64,000 bases of DNA from Candidatus Multivorans sp. (GCA_965224025.1 OZ245033.1:1216001-1280000); one strand, 5' to 3'; numbered from the stretch's first letter, positions 9,517 to 19,522 are shown. Numbers and translations: made by a program. The notes: a model not told the origin generated them from the letters alone.

Positions 9517-9594
9517 TCGCGGTGTCGGCAGGAAGAACTTACCGCCCGCGATACACCAGACGGAACCCGCTTTTACACCACAGGTGATTGACCG

Positions 9595-11529
9595 ATGCTC
9601 GACCTGACTCTGCCGGACGGATCGGTGCGCAGCGTGCCACCGGGGACGACCGCGCTGGAGGTGGCGCGCTCCATCGGACCCGGCCTGGCGAAGGCCGCCG
9701 CCGGCGCCGAACTCGACGGTCGCGTGCTCGACCTGCGCGCGCCGATCGAAGCCCCGGGCCGGCTGCGCCTGATCACGATCCAGAACGAGGAGGCGGGTCC
9801 CTTCCTGCGCCACACCGCTGAGCATGTGCTGGCGGACGCGGTACAGAGACTGTGGCCCGGCACGCAGATCGACGTCGGCCGCCGCGACCACTCGGAGAAG
9901 TACCAGTACGACTTCCGCTTTCCGCGCGCGTTCGTGCCCGAGGACCTGGAAGCAATCGAAGCGAAGATGCGGGAGATCCTGGCGGAGAAGCACGAGGTGG
10001 AGCGGGTCGAGATCTCTCGCCCGGAAGCGCGGGAGCTGTTCGGCGATCTGGGCGAGGAACTCAAGCTCGAGCGCCTCGAGGACATTCCCGAAGGCGAGCC
10101 GATCACCCTGTTCCGGCATGGGGACTTCGTGGACCTCTGCCGCGGCCCTCACGCGCAGCGCGTGGATCAGGTCGGGGCGGTCAAGCTGCTGGAGAGTTCG
10201 GGCGTGTTCTACCGCGGCGACGAGAGCCGTGAGCGGCTGCAGCGGATCTACGGCACCGCCTTCGCCAGCCAGGCGGCGCTCGACGGCTACCTCGCCGACC
10301 TCGAACTGCGGCGAGCCCGCGACCATCGGAGACTCGGGCCGGAACTCGACCTGTTCAGTTTCAACCAGAACGCTCCCGGCAGTCCCTTCTTCCATCCGCG
10401 CGGCACGGTGATCTACAACCTGTTGGTCGACTACGTGCAGGGACTCAACCGGCGCGACGGTTTCGAGGAGGTGCGGACGCCGCAGATTCTCGACGTCGAC
10501 CTCTGGCATCGCTCGGGGCACTGGGACAACTACCGCCAGAGCATGTTCTTCACCGAGGTCGACGAGCGGCAGTATGCGGTCAAGCCGATGAACTGCCCGA
10601 CCCACTGCCTGATCTACAAGACCGGCCTGCGGTCGTACCGCGATCTGCCGCTCCGCTACGCCGACTTCGGCCGCCTTCACCGCTACGAGCGGTCCAGCGC
10701 GATCACCGGCCTCACCCGTGTGCGCACGTTCTGTCAGGACGACGCGCACACCTTCTGCACCGAGGAGCAGGTCGAGGCGGAGGTGCTGCGCCCGGTGTCG
10801 ACGATCCTCGAGATCTACCGGACCTTCGGTTTCGACGACATCCTGATCGAGGTTTCGACCCGGCCCGAGAAATCTATCGGCAGCGCCGATCTCTGGGAAC
10901 GCGCCGAGGACTCGTTGATGAGTGTGCTTCGCAGCCGCGACCTCGAGTTCGAGATCAGCGAGGGCGACGGCGCGTTCTACGGCCCGAAGATCGACTTCCA
11001 GGCCCGCGACGCGCTCGGCCGGAGCTGGCAGTTGGGGACCGTGCAACTGGACTACCAGATGCCGGAGCGGCTGGACCTCGAATACACCGCCAGCGACGGC
11101 GGAACCCGGCGTCCGGTCATGCTGCACCGGGCCATGCTCGGCTCCGTCGAGCGCTTCCTGGGCATCCTGATCGAGCACTTCGGCGGCGCCTTCCCGGTCT
11201 GGCTGGCGCCGACACAGGCGGTCGTCCTGCCGGTATCCGACCGCTTTCTCGACTACGGCGCGGTAGTCACGAAGAAGCTGCGGGACGCCGGCGTCCGGGT
11301 CGAGCTCGACCGGCGCAACGAGAAGCTCGGCTACAAGATCCGCGACGCCCAGATCCGGAAGGTCCCCTACATGCTCGTCATCGGCGGCCGCGAGCAGGAG
11401 GCCGGCACCGTGTCGCTGCGGCTCCGCGAAGCGCCCGAGGGCGGCTCCGCGGATCAGGGCGCCGTCACGGTCGAGGATCTCGCGGCCCGGATCGCGGACC
11501 GAACGGCGTCGAAATCGCTGGATCTGTGA
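9595..11529 (+). CDS. thrS: Threonine--tRNA ligase
   Basis: TGS domain, DLCRGPH, RDHRRLG, KPMNCP, GDGAFYGPKIDF, HRAMLGSVERF. Confidence 0.97.
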   Translation: MLDLTLPDGSVRSVPPGTTALEVARSIGPGLAKAAAGAELDGRVLDLRAPIEAPGRLRLITIQNEEAGPFLRHTAEHVLADAVQRLWPGTQIDVGRRDHSEKYQYDFRFPRAFVPEDLEAIEAKMREILAEKHEVERVEISRPEARELFGDLGEELKLERLEDIPEGEPITLFRHGDFVDLCRGPHAQRVDQVGAVKLLESSGVFYRGDESRERLQRIYGTAFASQAALDGYLADLELRRARDHRRLGPELDLFSFNQNAPGSPFFHPRGTVIYNLLVDYVQGLNRRDGFEEVRTPQILDVDLWHRSGHWDNYRQSMFFTEVDERQYAVKPMNCPTHCLIYKTGLRSYRDLPLRYADFGRLHRYERSSAITGLTRVRTFCQDDAHTFCTEEQVEAEVLRPVSTILEIYRTFGFDDILIEVSTRPEKSIGSADLWERAEDSLMSVLRSRDLEFEISEGDGAFYGPKIDFQARDALGRSWQLGTVQLDYQMPERLDLEYTASDGGTRRPVMLHRAMLGSVERFLGILIEHFGGAFPVWLAPTQAVVLPVSDRFLDYGAVVTKKLRDAGVRVELDRRNEKLGYKIRDAQIRKVPYMLVIGGREQEAGTVSLRLREAPEGGSADQGAVTVEDLAARIADRTASKSLDL

Positions 11530-11554
11530 AGCTCAGGCTCGGACGGAGGACACG

Positions 11555-11704
11555 ATGCTGAGGGAACTTCATGTCGAGAACTTCAAGGCCTGGCGTGAAC
11601 TCTCGATGGAGTTCGGCAAGGTAACCGCTCTCTTCGGCGAGAACAGCGCCGGCAAGAGCAGCCTGATGCAATTTCTGTTGATGCTGAAGCAGACGAAGAA
11701 TGCG
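11555..11704 (+). pseudogene. 5' fragment of an ABC/AAA_15-type ATPase (DUF3696-like) cut by ISL3
   Basis: MLRELHVENFKAW...GENSAGKSS Walker A; homology stops at the IS end (11705). Confidence 0.8.
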
Positions 11705-13202
11705 GGCTCTTTTGAATTGCGAGTGGGTCAAGCGGTGTGCGGGTTGAGCGTGTGGAAGTCGAGTTTGCCGGCGATGAGGAAGAAGGCGATGCGTATGGTG
11801 TCGAATCGCTTGTAGCCTCTGGCCTTGCGTTTGGCGGACTGGAAGAGTCCGTTGAGGGCTTCGAGGAAGCCGTTGGTCTGCCGGGTTCGCGCCCAGGCAG
11901 CGATCGCTTGCAGGTGCTTTCGGATGGTGCGGGCGACGGCCTTCATGGGTTCGACCTTGGAGCGGTTCACGTTGGTGCACCACTGATGGAGCATTCGCAG
12001 CACGACGTTGATCTGCTTGCGGTTGAGAATTTCGCGGAGTTGCTCCCGATAGAGCCAGGCGCGTGCGGTGCGTCGGCTGGCGACCCTCTTGACGAAGCGG
12101 TCGAGGTCGGCCCGTTGGGCCGGCGTCAGGGAGTCGCGGTTCTTGAGCAGCGTCCAGCGCAGGCCCTTCAGCGACGGATCGAGGCGCTGTTCGAGGCGCC
12201 GGGTCTCGTCCACCGCCTTCGAGGCCAGGGCCATGACGTGGAACTTGTCGAGGGTCACCTCGGCGTTGGGGAGATTCTCGGCGACGCCCTTGAGGAAGGC
12301 GGCCGACATGTCGATGGACGCCCGGCTGATCGCGGCGGGATCGCCGCCGCGCCTTTGCAGATCGTCGGCGAACTCCTCGATCGTGCCGGACTTGCGTCCC
12401 TCGGCGAGGAACACCACGCGCCGGCGCTCGCTGTCGGCGACCGCGGTCACGTAGTCGTGCCCCTTGGCGCGGGAAGTCTCGTCAATGGCCACGTGGCGCA
12501 GTTCGGAGAGGTCGTCCCGGTCGACCGCCAGCTCGACGTAGCGCTTGCAGATCGCGTGCACCCGATGCCACGACACCCCGGTCAACCGGGCCACCGCAGC
12601 GAAGGTCATGTCTCGGCACATGGCCAGAATCAAGGCTTCGAACAGCAGCGTGAAGCCGGACAATCTGCCCGACCAGGGCGGAGTCACCAACGCCACCCGC
12701 TGGTCGGGGAGTCGCACACGGGGCACTCGCGCCTCGAGCAGGCACTCGTGCTGGAAGAAGTTGAGGTGCCGATAGCGCTTGATCTGCGTGTCGTGCACCG
12801 GATGAGAACCGCCGTCCCCCTCGTGGGCGAATCGGCTGCCCTTCCTGAAGTCGATCCGTATCGTCAACCGACGCTCCCTCTCACAGAAGTCCACGCCGTC
12901 AACGAACCACGGCGCCGACACGCCCAGCGCTCTCGCGAACAATTCCCTCTGCATCTCTCGTCCTCCTTCAGTCGGAACAGGAGAGACGAGTCTTGCTCAT
13001 TCCGATCGCCCGCGACTACAGCCGCCACCCGAAATCGCCGCGAACGCCCTCCCCACCGGACAGCTTGCGCCCTCGCCGCTACCGGTCTTCCGCAGATTCC
13101 ACAGCCCGACGGCGGCGGCTACGGCGGCGGAGGCCGCTCTCCCAAGACCCCCTCAGCATCTGCACTCGCCCGCGCCCTACCCACTCGCAACTCGAAAGAG
13201 GC
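11705..13202 (-). mobile_element. ISL3-family insertion sequence (~1.5 kb)
   Basis: 24-bp imperfect terminal IRs GGCTCTTTTGAATTGCGAGTGGGT (11705) / ACCCACTCGCAACTCGAAAGAGGC (13179-13202); no matching target duplication. Confidence 0.9.
11728..12954 (-). CDS. ISL3-family DDE transposase
   Basis: YRHLNFFQHECLL, AIDETS, SIDMS, DKFHV, TNGFLEALNGLFQSAKRKARGY. Confidence 0.93.
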   Translation of the reverse strand: MQRELFARALGVSAPWFVDGVDFCERERRLTIRIDFRKGSRFAHEGDGGSHPVHDTQIKRYRHLNFFQHECLLEARVPRVRLPDQRVALVTPPWSGRLSGFTLLFEALILAMCRDMTFAAVARLTGVSWHRVHAICKRYVELAVDRDDLSELRHVAIDETSRAKGHDYVTAVADSERRRVVFLAEGRKSGTIEEFADDLQRRGGDPAAISRASIDMSAAFLKGVAENLPNAEVTLDKFHVMALASKAVDETRRLEQRLDPSLKGLRWTLLKNRDSLTPAQRADLDRFVKRVASRRTARAWLYREQLREILNRKQINVVLRMLHQWCTNVNRSKVEPMKAVARTIRKHLQAIAAWARTRQTNGFLEALNGLFQSAKRKARGYKRFDTIRIAFFLIAGKLDFHTLNPHTA

Positions 13203-13269
13203 TGAAATGGCCGAAATCGCGGCGACTAGTCGGGCTGGGATTGAAAGACGGATGCGGGCGAACGGATGA
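13203..13269 (+). pseudogene. Probable extreme 3' remnant of the disrupted ATPase
   Basis: EMAEIAATSRAGIERRMRANG* resembles DUF3696 ATPase C-termini; its TGA overlaps the next ATG (ATGA). Confidence 0.55.
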
Positions 13270-13736
13270 GTATCGTGCCGGGCGCCTCCTACATGGTGGA
13301 CACAAACGTCGCGAGGACCGCCAATGGGGACGCGACGCACGTCAACCTCGAGTGCCAGAAGGCGTGCGTGGACGCGCTTGAGTGCATCATTGAGTGTGGG
13401 GTCGTCGTCTTGGATGATGGACGCCTCATCCTTGACGAATACGTGAATGGGCTGGAGAGCGGCATCGGAATGGGTACTGCCTTCTTCAAGTACGTCTGCA
13501 CGAACGCGTGGGTCGAGGATCGAGTCAGGCGGGTGCCAGTGGATGTGGATGCTCTGCCTCCGAACACTCCCGGCAAGGACCAGAAGTTCCTAGCGGCTGC
13601 CGTGTCGGGGTGCGCCGAAGTTCTGAACGCCACGGACAGCGATTGGGCGGTGAACGCTGCGGTTACGGCGAGCTTGGGAGTAAGTGTCGTCCAGCTCTGC
13701 CCGCAGTACGCGGCCAAGTCGGACACAGGCGCATAG
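13266..13736 (+). CDS. PIN-like domain protein
   Basis: N-terminal VDTNV, ILDEY, DQKFLAAA, ATDSDW acidic PIN-type pattern; lower GC than the backbone. Confidence 0.7.
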   Translation: MSIVPGASYMVDTNVARTANGDATHVNLECQKACVDALECIIECGVVVLDDGRLILDEYVNGLESGIGMGTAFFKYVCTNAWVEDRVRRVPVDVDALPPNTPGKDQKFLAAAVSGCAEVLNATDSDWAVNAAVTASLGVSVVQLCPQYAAKSDTGA

Positions 13737-13742
13737 GCCGAC

Positions 13743-14408
13743 GTGGTGGTCGACACTCCGCCGAAGTACCCGCGAACCCCGTGCTGGCCGCACTCCCCAT
13801 CTGTTGAGGCCGATAGCAACCGCTTGGCGGACGCCTCCCGCTTCGTTGGCGTGCCAGTGGTCATCACGGAGAAGCTCGATGGTGGTTGCACCCTGCTCCA
13901 TCAGGGCGCCGTCTACGCCCGCAGCGTGGACGTACCGAGCGGCGCGAAGTGGATGGCAATGGTCAAGAAGCACCACGCCTGGAAGGTGATCGAGCCCGAC
14001 GTCTTCCTCTACGGTGAGGACATCTACGGAGTCCACAGCATCGAGTACGAGCCAGTGCGGGAGGACGAGACGTTCTACGCCTTTGCATTGCGCGACAACA
14101 ACGATCGCTTCTCGTCCTTCGGAGCTCTCGTCGACTACGCTTCGCAGCGCGACATTCCGGTGGTGCCGGTGCTCTTCGATGGCGTCTTCCAGTCGGAGAA
14201 CGCGCTCCGCAGTTTCGTCGAGGAGGCCCATGCCGAACCCTCGGTCCTCGGTGGGGAACGAGAAGGTGTCGTTATCCGCTTGGCACGCTCGTTCCCGGCC
14301 TCCACGTTCAGCCGCTCCGTCTGCAAGAGTGTCCGCGCGGGTCATGTACAGACCGACCAGCACTGGACGCGGAACTGGAAACCCTGCCGTACAACCCGCG
14401 TGGGTTGA
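13743..14408 (+). CDS. ATP-dependent RNA ligase family protein (Rnl2-like nucleotidyltransferase domain)
   Basis: KYPRTP, motif I EKLDG, LYGE, FYAF, motif IV EGVVIR, C-terminal HVQTDQHW. Confidence 0.85.
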   Translation: MVVDTPPKYPRTPCWPHSPSVEADSNRLADASRFVGVPVVITEKLDGGCTLLHQGAVYARSVDVPSGAKWMAMVKKHHAWKVIEPDVFLYGEDIYGVHSIEYEPVREDETFYAFALRDNNDRFSSFGALVDYASQRDIPVVPVLFDGVFQSENALRSFVEEAHAEPSVLGGEREGVVIRLARSFPASTFSRSVCKSVRAGHVQTDQHWTRNWKPCRTTRVG

Positions 14409-14475
14409 GACTCTTGGGGACAGGGGGTCAAAGGTCGCCGCTTCGCGGCGCGCTTCCTGGCCGCCTGCGGCGGCA

Positions 14476-14501
14476 GCGGACCAGAGGGTCCGCGCACTCA
14501 G
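14476..14501. repeat. REP-like palindrome, family 1
   Basis: GCGGACCAGAGGGTCCGCGCACTCAG, one mismatch to 41291-41316. Confidence 0.75.
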
Positions 14502-14716
14502 AGAACGGTCGTCGTGGTTCTGTAGTTCTGTACTGCGGTGGGCAGGCCCGACGCCGTCCAGGCGGCCCCGGCCGACGCCATTCCGCCGCGTTCCGCCACT
14601 CCGCTCTGCAGCCGCTCCGCTCCGATGCCGCGTTCCGGCTACTAGCCGCGCGCGGCGTTTCCGGTTAGTATCCGTCGTTCGGCGGCTCTCCTGGGGCCCC
14701 GCGAGGAGGCTCAAGG

Positions 14717-14911
14717 ATGCCCAAGCAGAAAACCCACCGTGGAGCGGCCAAGCGCTTCAAGCTCACCGCCAAGGGCAAGGTGAAGCGCAGGCACTCGATG
14801 ACGAACCACATCCTGACCAAGAAGTCGCGGAAGCGGAAGCGGAAGCTGCGCAAGCAAGGCGATGTCGCCGGCGCTTTCGCCAAGGCGGTCAAGGGGATGC
14901 TTCACGGATGA
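14717..14911 (+). CDS. rpmI: 50S ribosomal protein L35
   Basis: [24 protein letters not shown]; GGAGG RBS. Confidence 0.97.
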   Translation: MPKQKTHRGAAKRFKLTAKGKVKRRHSMTNHILTKKSRKRKRKLRKQGDVAGAFAKAVKGMLHG

Positions 14912-14951
14912 TCCGGTGGCTCCGGGTTGAGGAGCCACGGGGGCAGGAACG

Positions 14952-15341
14952 ATGGCACGAGTAAAACGCGGCAGCCGGCGCGCTCGCCGGCGCAAGAAGA
15001 TTCTCAAACAGGCCAAGGGATACTACGGCGTCAAATCGAAGGGGCACCGCATCGCCAAGCAGGCGGTGGACCGGGCGCTCGCGTACTCCTATCGCGACCG
15101 CCGCCAGAAGAAGCGGCAGTTCCGCAGCCTCTGGATCGTGCGGATCAACGCTGCCGCGCGCCTCAACGGCCTCTCCTACAGCCGCTTCATGTCCGGCCTG
15201 CGGCTCGCCGGCGTCGAGCTGAACCGGAAGATGCTCGCCGATCTCGCGGTGCGCGACGCCGAGGGCTTCGCGGCCGTGGCGTCCGCGGCCCGGGGCGCCC
15301 TCGCCGCCGGCTCGGCCGGGACCTCCGCCTCCTCGTCCTGA
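14952..15341 (+). CDS. rplT: 50S ribosomal protein L20
   Basis: MARVKRG...[24 protein letters not shown]...[10 protein letters not shown]. Confidence 0.97.
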   Translation: MARVKRGSRRARRRKKILKQAKGYYGVKSKGHRIAKQAVDRALAYSYRDRRQKKRQFRSLWIVRINAAARLNGLSYSRFMSGLRLAGVELNRKMLADLAVRDAEGFAAVASAARGALAAGSAGTSASSS

Positions 15342-15556
15342 TGGCCGGGGACTCCGCCTTTGCAATCGCGCGTCTGGAGGAAGTGGTCGAGCGGGCCAAG
15401 GAGGCTCTGGCTGCAGAGCGGGAACGGACGCGTGAACTGACCGCCGAACTCGAAGCCGCGGAGCACCGGGCCGCCGAGGAGCGCGCCGAGATTGGCCAGC
15501 GCGTCGAGGCGCTTGCCGAAGGTCTCGAAGAGCTGCTCGGCAGCGACGATTCCTGA
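15341..15556 (+). CDS. Small coiled-coil protein (ZapB-like)
   Basis: E/A/R-rich heptads; TGATG coupling to rplT; upstream of zapA. Confidence 0.6.
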   Translation: MAGDSAFAIARLEEVVERAKEALAAERERTRELTAELEAAEHRAAEERAEIGQRVEALAEGLEELLGSDDS

Positions 15557-15665
15557 AGCCGCAAAGGCTCGACAGGACATTCGGCGGCTCTCTCGTCGTG
15601 CGCTCGGAGGCGCCGGTGGGGGTGCGAGCGGGTGCTATAGTGCCGATCTTTCAGGGTATCGAGCA

Positions 15666-15995
15666 ATGGCCGAAAGCGAACGCCAAGAAGATGTTGCGGC
15701 CACCGTGGTGGTCGAGATCTTCGGCGTCTCGTACACCCTCCGAGAGGACGGAGCGACCAATGCGGAGCGCATTCGGGAGCTTGCCCAGCGGGTCGACCGC
15801 AAGATGCGGGAGGTGGCCGCTCACTCGCCCAATCTGGATGCGTGCAAGATCGCCATTCTCGCGGCCCTGAATCTCGTCAACGAGTCGTCTTCTTCGTCCG
15901 AGGACGCCGAGGAGGCGGAGGACGGCCGGTTCGTGGAGATGGTTGAGCGCGTGTCCAGCCTGACCTCCGAACTGGAGGCGGCGCTTGATTCCTGA
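15666..15995 (+). CDS. zapA: Cell division protein ZapA
   Basis: VEIFGVSYTLR...LAQRVDRKMREV...AILAALNL. Confidence 0.85.
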   Translation: MAESERQEDVAATVVVEIFGVSYTLREDGATNAERIRELAQRVDRKMREVAAHSPNLDACKIAILAALNLVNESSSSSEDAEEAEDGRFVEMVERVSSLTSELEAALDS

Positions 15996-16075
15996 CTTGC
16001 ATGGAGCCCTGTTTCCTGTGCGTCAGCGCGGCGCGGACGCCGCGACTCGACTACTGGAAGAATCTTTGACTTTGC

Positions 16076-16259
16076 ATCCCCTGCGCGGTTCGTGATGAAA
16101 GCCGTGGTTGGAACCATCGCTCTTTTTGAGGGAGTCTTTGAACTGCTCGCCCGTGCCAGCCCCGCTCGAACGGGGACGCTGACGGCGAGTGGTGCGGACA
16201 CCCACCTGGTCCCGCTCTGGTTCTGTGTCGGGGCGCGTTCACACGGCCTCGCGGGGGAT
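16076..16259 (+). ncRNA. ssrS: 6S RNA
   Basis: ~185-nt zapA-rny intergenic stretch whose ends pair (ATCCCCTGCG...CGCGGGGGAT); canonical zapA-ssrS-rny synteny. Confidence 0.8.
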
Positions 16260-16284
16260 GCCCTTCTGCCCGGATCGAGGGCTG

Positions 16285-17853
16285 ATGACCGAAACTACTC
16301 TCATTGCCGTCGCGGTCGCGGCGGTTGCTCTTGTCGCAGCCTGGCTGCTTTGGAGCCTTGTCGGCCGGCGTAGGGCGGCGAAGCTGATTTCGGAGGCCCG
16401 CCGCCGGGCGGACGGCCTGATCGAAGAAACCGAGCGCGAGTGTGCCGCCAAGGGGCGCGAACTGGAACTCGCGGCGAAGGAGGAGGGCCTTTCGCTGCGT
16501 TCCGAGTTCGAGCGTTCGTCGGTGGAGCAGAGGAGGAAGCTTGAGGCGCGCGAACGGGAGGTCGGGGAGCGGTGCGCCCGGGCACGCGAAGAGACGGCCC
16601 GGTTGGAGCGTCTCGGCGAGGAACTGGAGCAGCGGCAACGGTCGGTCGCGGACGTTGAGCGGCGACTCGATACCGAGCGTTCCGAACTCGCCGAGGGGCT
16701 AGGGAACGTCCGGCGTCAACTCGAGCGGGTTTCGGGCCTCACCGTTCAGCAGGCGCGAGAGGAACTGAGCCACAGCCTGGAGCACGAGGTGCGCATGGAG
16801 TCGGCGCACCTCGCCAAGCGGATCGAGGACGAAGCCCGCGAGTCGGCGCAGCGTGAAGCTCAGCGGATCGTCAGTCTGGCCATCGAACGCTCGGCTTCGG
16901 ACTACGTCTCGGAGACGACCGTGTCGGTGGTCATGTTGCCGAACGACGAGATGAAGGGGCGGATCATCGGGCGTGAGGGACGGAACATCCGGACCCTGGA
17001 GTTGACCACGGGCGTGGACCTGATCGTCGACGACACGCCGGAGGCGGTGATTCTCTCCGGCTTCGACCCCTTCAGACGGGAGATCGCGCGGGTCACCCTG
17101 GAGCGCCTGATCGCCGACGGCCGCATCCACCCGGCTCGGATCGAGGAGGTCGCGGCCAAGGTCGAGTCCGAGTTCGAGGACCGCGTAGAGCGCGAGGGTC
17201 GCGAGGCCTTGCTGGAACTGAACCTGTCGGGACTCCACCCGGAACTGGTCAAGCTGCTCGGACGCCTGCGCTTCCGGACTTCGTACGGCCAGAACGTCCT
17301 GCAGCACAGCAAGGAGGTCGCCTTCCTGGCCGGCATCATGGCGGGCGAGTTGAAGGCGGACGTTCATGTCGCCAAGCGGGCCGGGCTGGTCCACGACATC
17401 GGCAAGGCCGTGGACAGCGAGATCGACGGCACCCACCTGGAGATCGGCATCGACCTGCTCCGCCGGCATGGCGAGAGCGAGGATGTGGTCCACGCCATGG
17501 CGTGTCATCACGGGGACTACGACCCGGAGACGGTCGAAGCGGTGCTGGTGACGGCGGCCGACGCCGTGTCCGCGGCGCGTCCGGGAGCGCGGCGGGAGAT
17601 TCTCGAGAGCTACGTGAAGCGGCTGAAGAAGCTGGAGGAGCTTGCGGCCGACTTCAAGGGCGTTCAGAAGAGCTATGCGATCCAGGCCGGTCGCGAAGTC
17701 CGCGTGATCGTCGACTGCAAGGAGATCAGCGACGAGCAGGCAGTCTGGCTGGGCCGCGACGTGGCGCGGAAGATCGAAGGCGAGCTCACCTATCCGGGCC
17801 AGATCAAGGTCACGGTGATCCGGGAGTCGCGTTCGATCGAGTACGCCCGCTGA
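16285..17853 (+). CDS. rny: Ribonuclease Y
   Basis: N-terminal TM helix, coiled coil, KH domain (MKGRIIGREGRNIR), HD domain (HDIGKA). Confidence 0.96.
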   Translation: MTETTLIAVAVAAVALVAAWLLWSLVGRRRAAKLISEARRRADGLIEETERECAAKGRELELAAKEEGLSLRSEFERSSVEQRRKLEAREREVGERCARAREETARLERLGEELEQRQRSVADVERRLDTERSELAEGLGNVRRQLERVSGLTVQQAREELSHSLEHEVRMESAHLAKRIEDEARESAQREAQRIVSLAIERSASDYVSETTVSVVMLPNDEMKGRIIGREGRNIRTLELTTGVDLIVDDTPEAVILSGFDPFRREIARVTLERLIADGRIHPARIEEVAAKVESEFEDRVEREGREALLELNLSGLHPELVKLLGRLRFRTSYGQNVLQHSKEVAFLAGIMAGELKADVHVAKRAGLVHDIGKAVDSEIDGTHLEIGIDLLRRHGESEDVVHAMACHHGDYDPETVEAVLVTAADAVSAARPGARREILESYVKRLKKLEELAADFKGVQKSYAIQAGREVRVIVDCKEISDEQAVWLGRDVARKIEGELTYPGQIKVTVIRESRSIEYAR

Positions 17854-18644
17854 TGGCCCGTTTCCTCTTCGTCGGCGATGTGGTGGGCAAGCCTGGGCGC
17901 CGCGCCCTGTCCAGCCTGCTACCGGAGTTGATCGACCGTCACCGCGTCGACGCTGTGATCGTCAACGTCGAGAACGCCGCCGGCGGCAGGGGCGTGACAC
18001 CGGCGGTGCTGGGGCAGCTCGCGGCGTTGCCGATCGACTGCATGACCACCGGCAATCACGCTTGGTCGAAGCGGGAGGGCGTGCCGCTCTTCGACCGGAT
18101 ACCCATTCTGCTGCGGCCCGCGAACTACCCGGAGGGCAATCCCGGAGTCGGGATCTTCGTCGGCGAACTGCCGGTGGGGACGCGGTACGCGGTGGTCAAT
18201 CTGGAAGGGCAGGCGTTCATGAAGCCGCTGCCTTCGCCCTTTGCGGCCGCCGACCGGATCCTCGCCGGCCTCGATCCGGCGATCAAGCTGGTGCTCGTCG
18301 ACTTCCACGCCGAAGCCACCAGCGAGAAGCAGGCGATGGCCTACCACCTCGACGGCCGGGTGAGTGCGGTGCTCGGCACCCACACCCACGTGCCGACCGC
18401 CGACGCCCGCATCCTTCCACAGGGCACAGCCCTGATCACCGACGTCGGCATGACCGGCCCGTACGACTCGGTGATCGGCGTGCGCGCCGACAGGGCGCTG
18501 AAGCGCTTCCTTCTCAATACGCCGTCCGGCTTTGACGTCGCCAAGCGCGACGTGCGGCTCGCCGCCGTCCTGGTCGACGCCGACGAGACGACGGGATGGG
18601 CGACGAAGATCGAGCCGATGCTGGTCAGCGTGGACTCGCGCTAG
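17853..18644 (+). CDS. ymdB: YmdB-family metallophosphoesterase (TIGR00282)
   Basis: GDVVG, NVENAAGG, TGNH, DFHAEATSEK, GTHTHV, TDVGMTG. Confidence 0.93.
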   Translation: MARFLFVGDVVGKPGRRALSSLLPELIDRHRVDAVIVNVENAAGGRGVTPAVLGQLAALPIDCMTTGNHAWSKREGVPLFDRIPILLRPANYPEGNPGVGIFVGELPVGTRYAVVNLEGQAFMKPLPSPFAAADRILAGLDPAIKLVLVDFHAEATSEKQAMAYHLDGRVSAVLGTHTHVPTADARILPQGTALITDVGMTGPYDSVIGVRADRALKRFLLNTPSGFDVAKRDVRLAAVLVDADETTGWATKIEPMLVSVDSR

Positions 18645-19522
18645 TTGGCTGTGCCGGTCTCCAACTCGGTCAGGCCGCGCCATGTGTTCTTGCTGTCGTC
18701 GAAGGACGGCAGGGGCGGCTCGATGCCGCGCTGGTGGTTCACGTGCCAGGACCAGACGTAGGACCACTTGAGGTAGGTGCCGTAGGCCTGGAGCAGACAG
18801 AACACCAGGCCCCGCATGCCGTCGAACGCGCCGAGTTGGAGGCCGTAGGTCCTTAGGAAACGCCACAGCGAGCGGCCGAGGACTTCCGCCGGTCCCGACC
18901 GGCGGCCCTCCCGCCAGGCTTGGGCGGCACCCCACCAACTGTAGCGCTGGATGCGGCGGGAGTAGGCGAGCAGGTCGTCGACCATGAAGTGCTCCATGGG
19001 ATTCCGGAGAACCGGTGCGGGACCGCGGGTCCACATGTCGGCGTGAACGCGCCGGTTCGGGTAGCGGCCCGCGTCGCGGCGCAGCAGCCGGACAACGCGG
19101 TCGTGCTGCCAGCCGGAGAAGCGGATCACTTTGCCGAGGAAGTAGACCCGGCGCTTGATCGTGTAGGCGTCGTGAACCGGCTCGCCGTCCTGGAACATCG
19201 TCTCGATTTCGCGGCGGAGTGCCGGAGTGCAGCGTTCGTCGGCATCGAGAATGAGGACCCACTCGTTCCGGGTCTGGTCCATGGCCCAGTTCTTCTGGGA
19301 CGCCGAGCCGTAGTAGGTGCGCTGCACGAAGCGGGCACGCTCGCATGCCCGCACGATCTCGGGAGTGCGGTCCGTGGAGAAGGAGTCGACGACGAGGACC
19401 TCGTCGCACCAGTCGAGGGACGCCAGGCACTCCCCGATGTGGCGCTCCTCGTTGAAGGTCGTCACCAACGCCGAAATGGGCGGCCGCTGCGCGTCTGCCG
19501 GCGTTTCGTCCACGTGACGCAT
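18641..19522 (-). CDS. GT2 glycosyltransferase (WaaE/KdtX-like)
   Basis: TTFNEERHI, VVDSFSTDRT, WVLILDADER. Confidence 0.88.
   Translation of the reverse strand: MRHVDETPADAQRPPISALVTTFNEERHIGECLASLDWCDEVLVVDSFSTDRTPEIVRACERARFVQRTYYGSASQKNWAMDQTRNEWVLILDADERCTPALRREIETMFQDGEPVHDAYTIKRRVYFLGKVIRFSGWQHDRVVRLLRRDAGRYPNRRVHADMWTRGPAPVLRNPMEHFMVDDLLAYSRRIQRYSWWGAAQAWREGRRSGPAEVLGRSLWRFLRTYGLQLGAFDGMRGLVFCLLQAYGTYLKWSYVWSWHVNHQRGIEPPLPSFDDSKNTWRGLTELETGTAN

Noticed and set aside
14530-14660. TTCCG/CTCCG-rich stretch upstream of rpmI as an L20 leader or infC remnant
   Set aside because: No IF-3 similarity or convincing conserved structure seen by eye; low-complexity sequence
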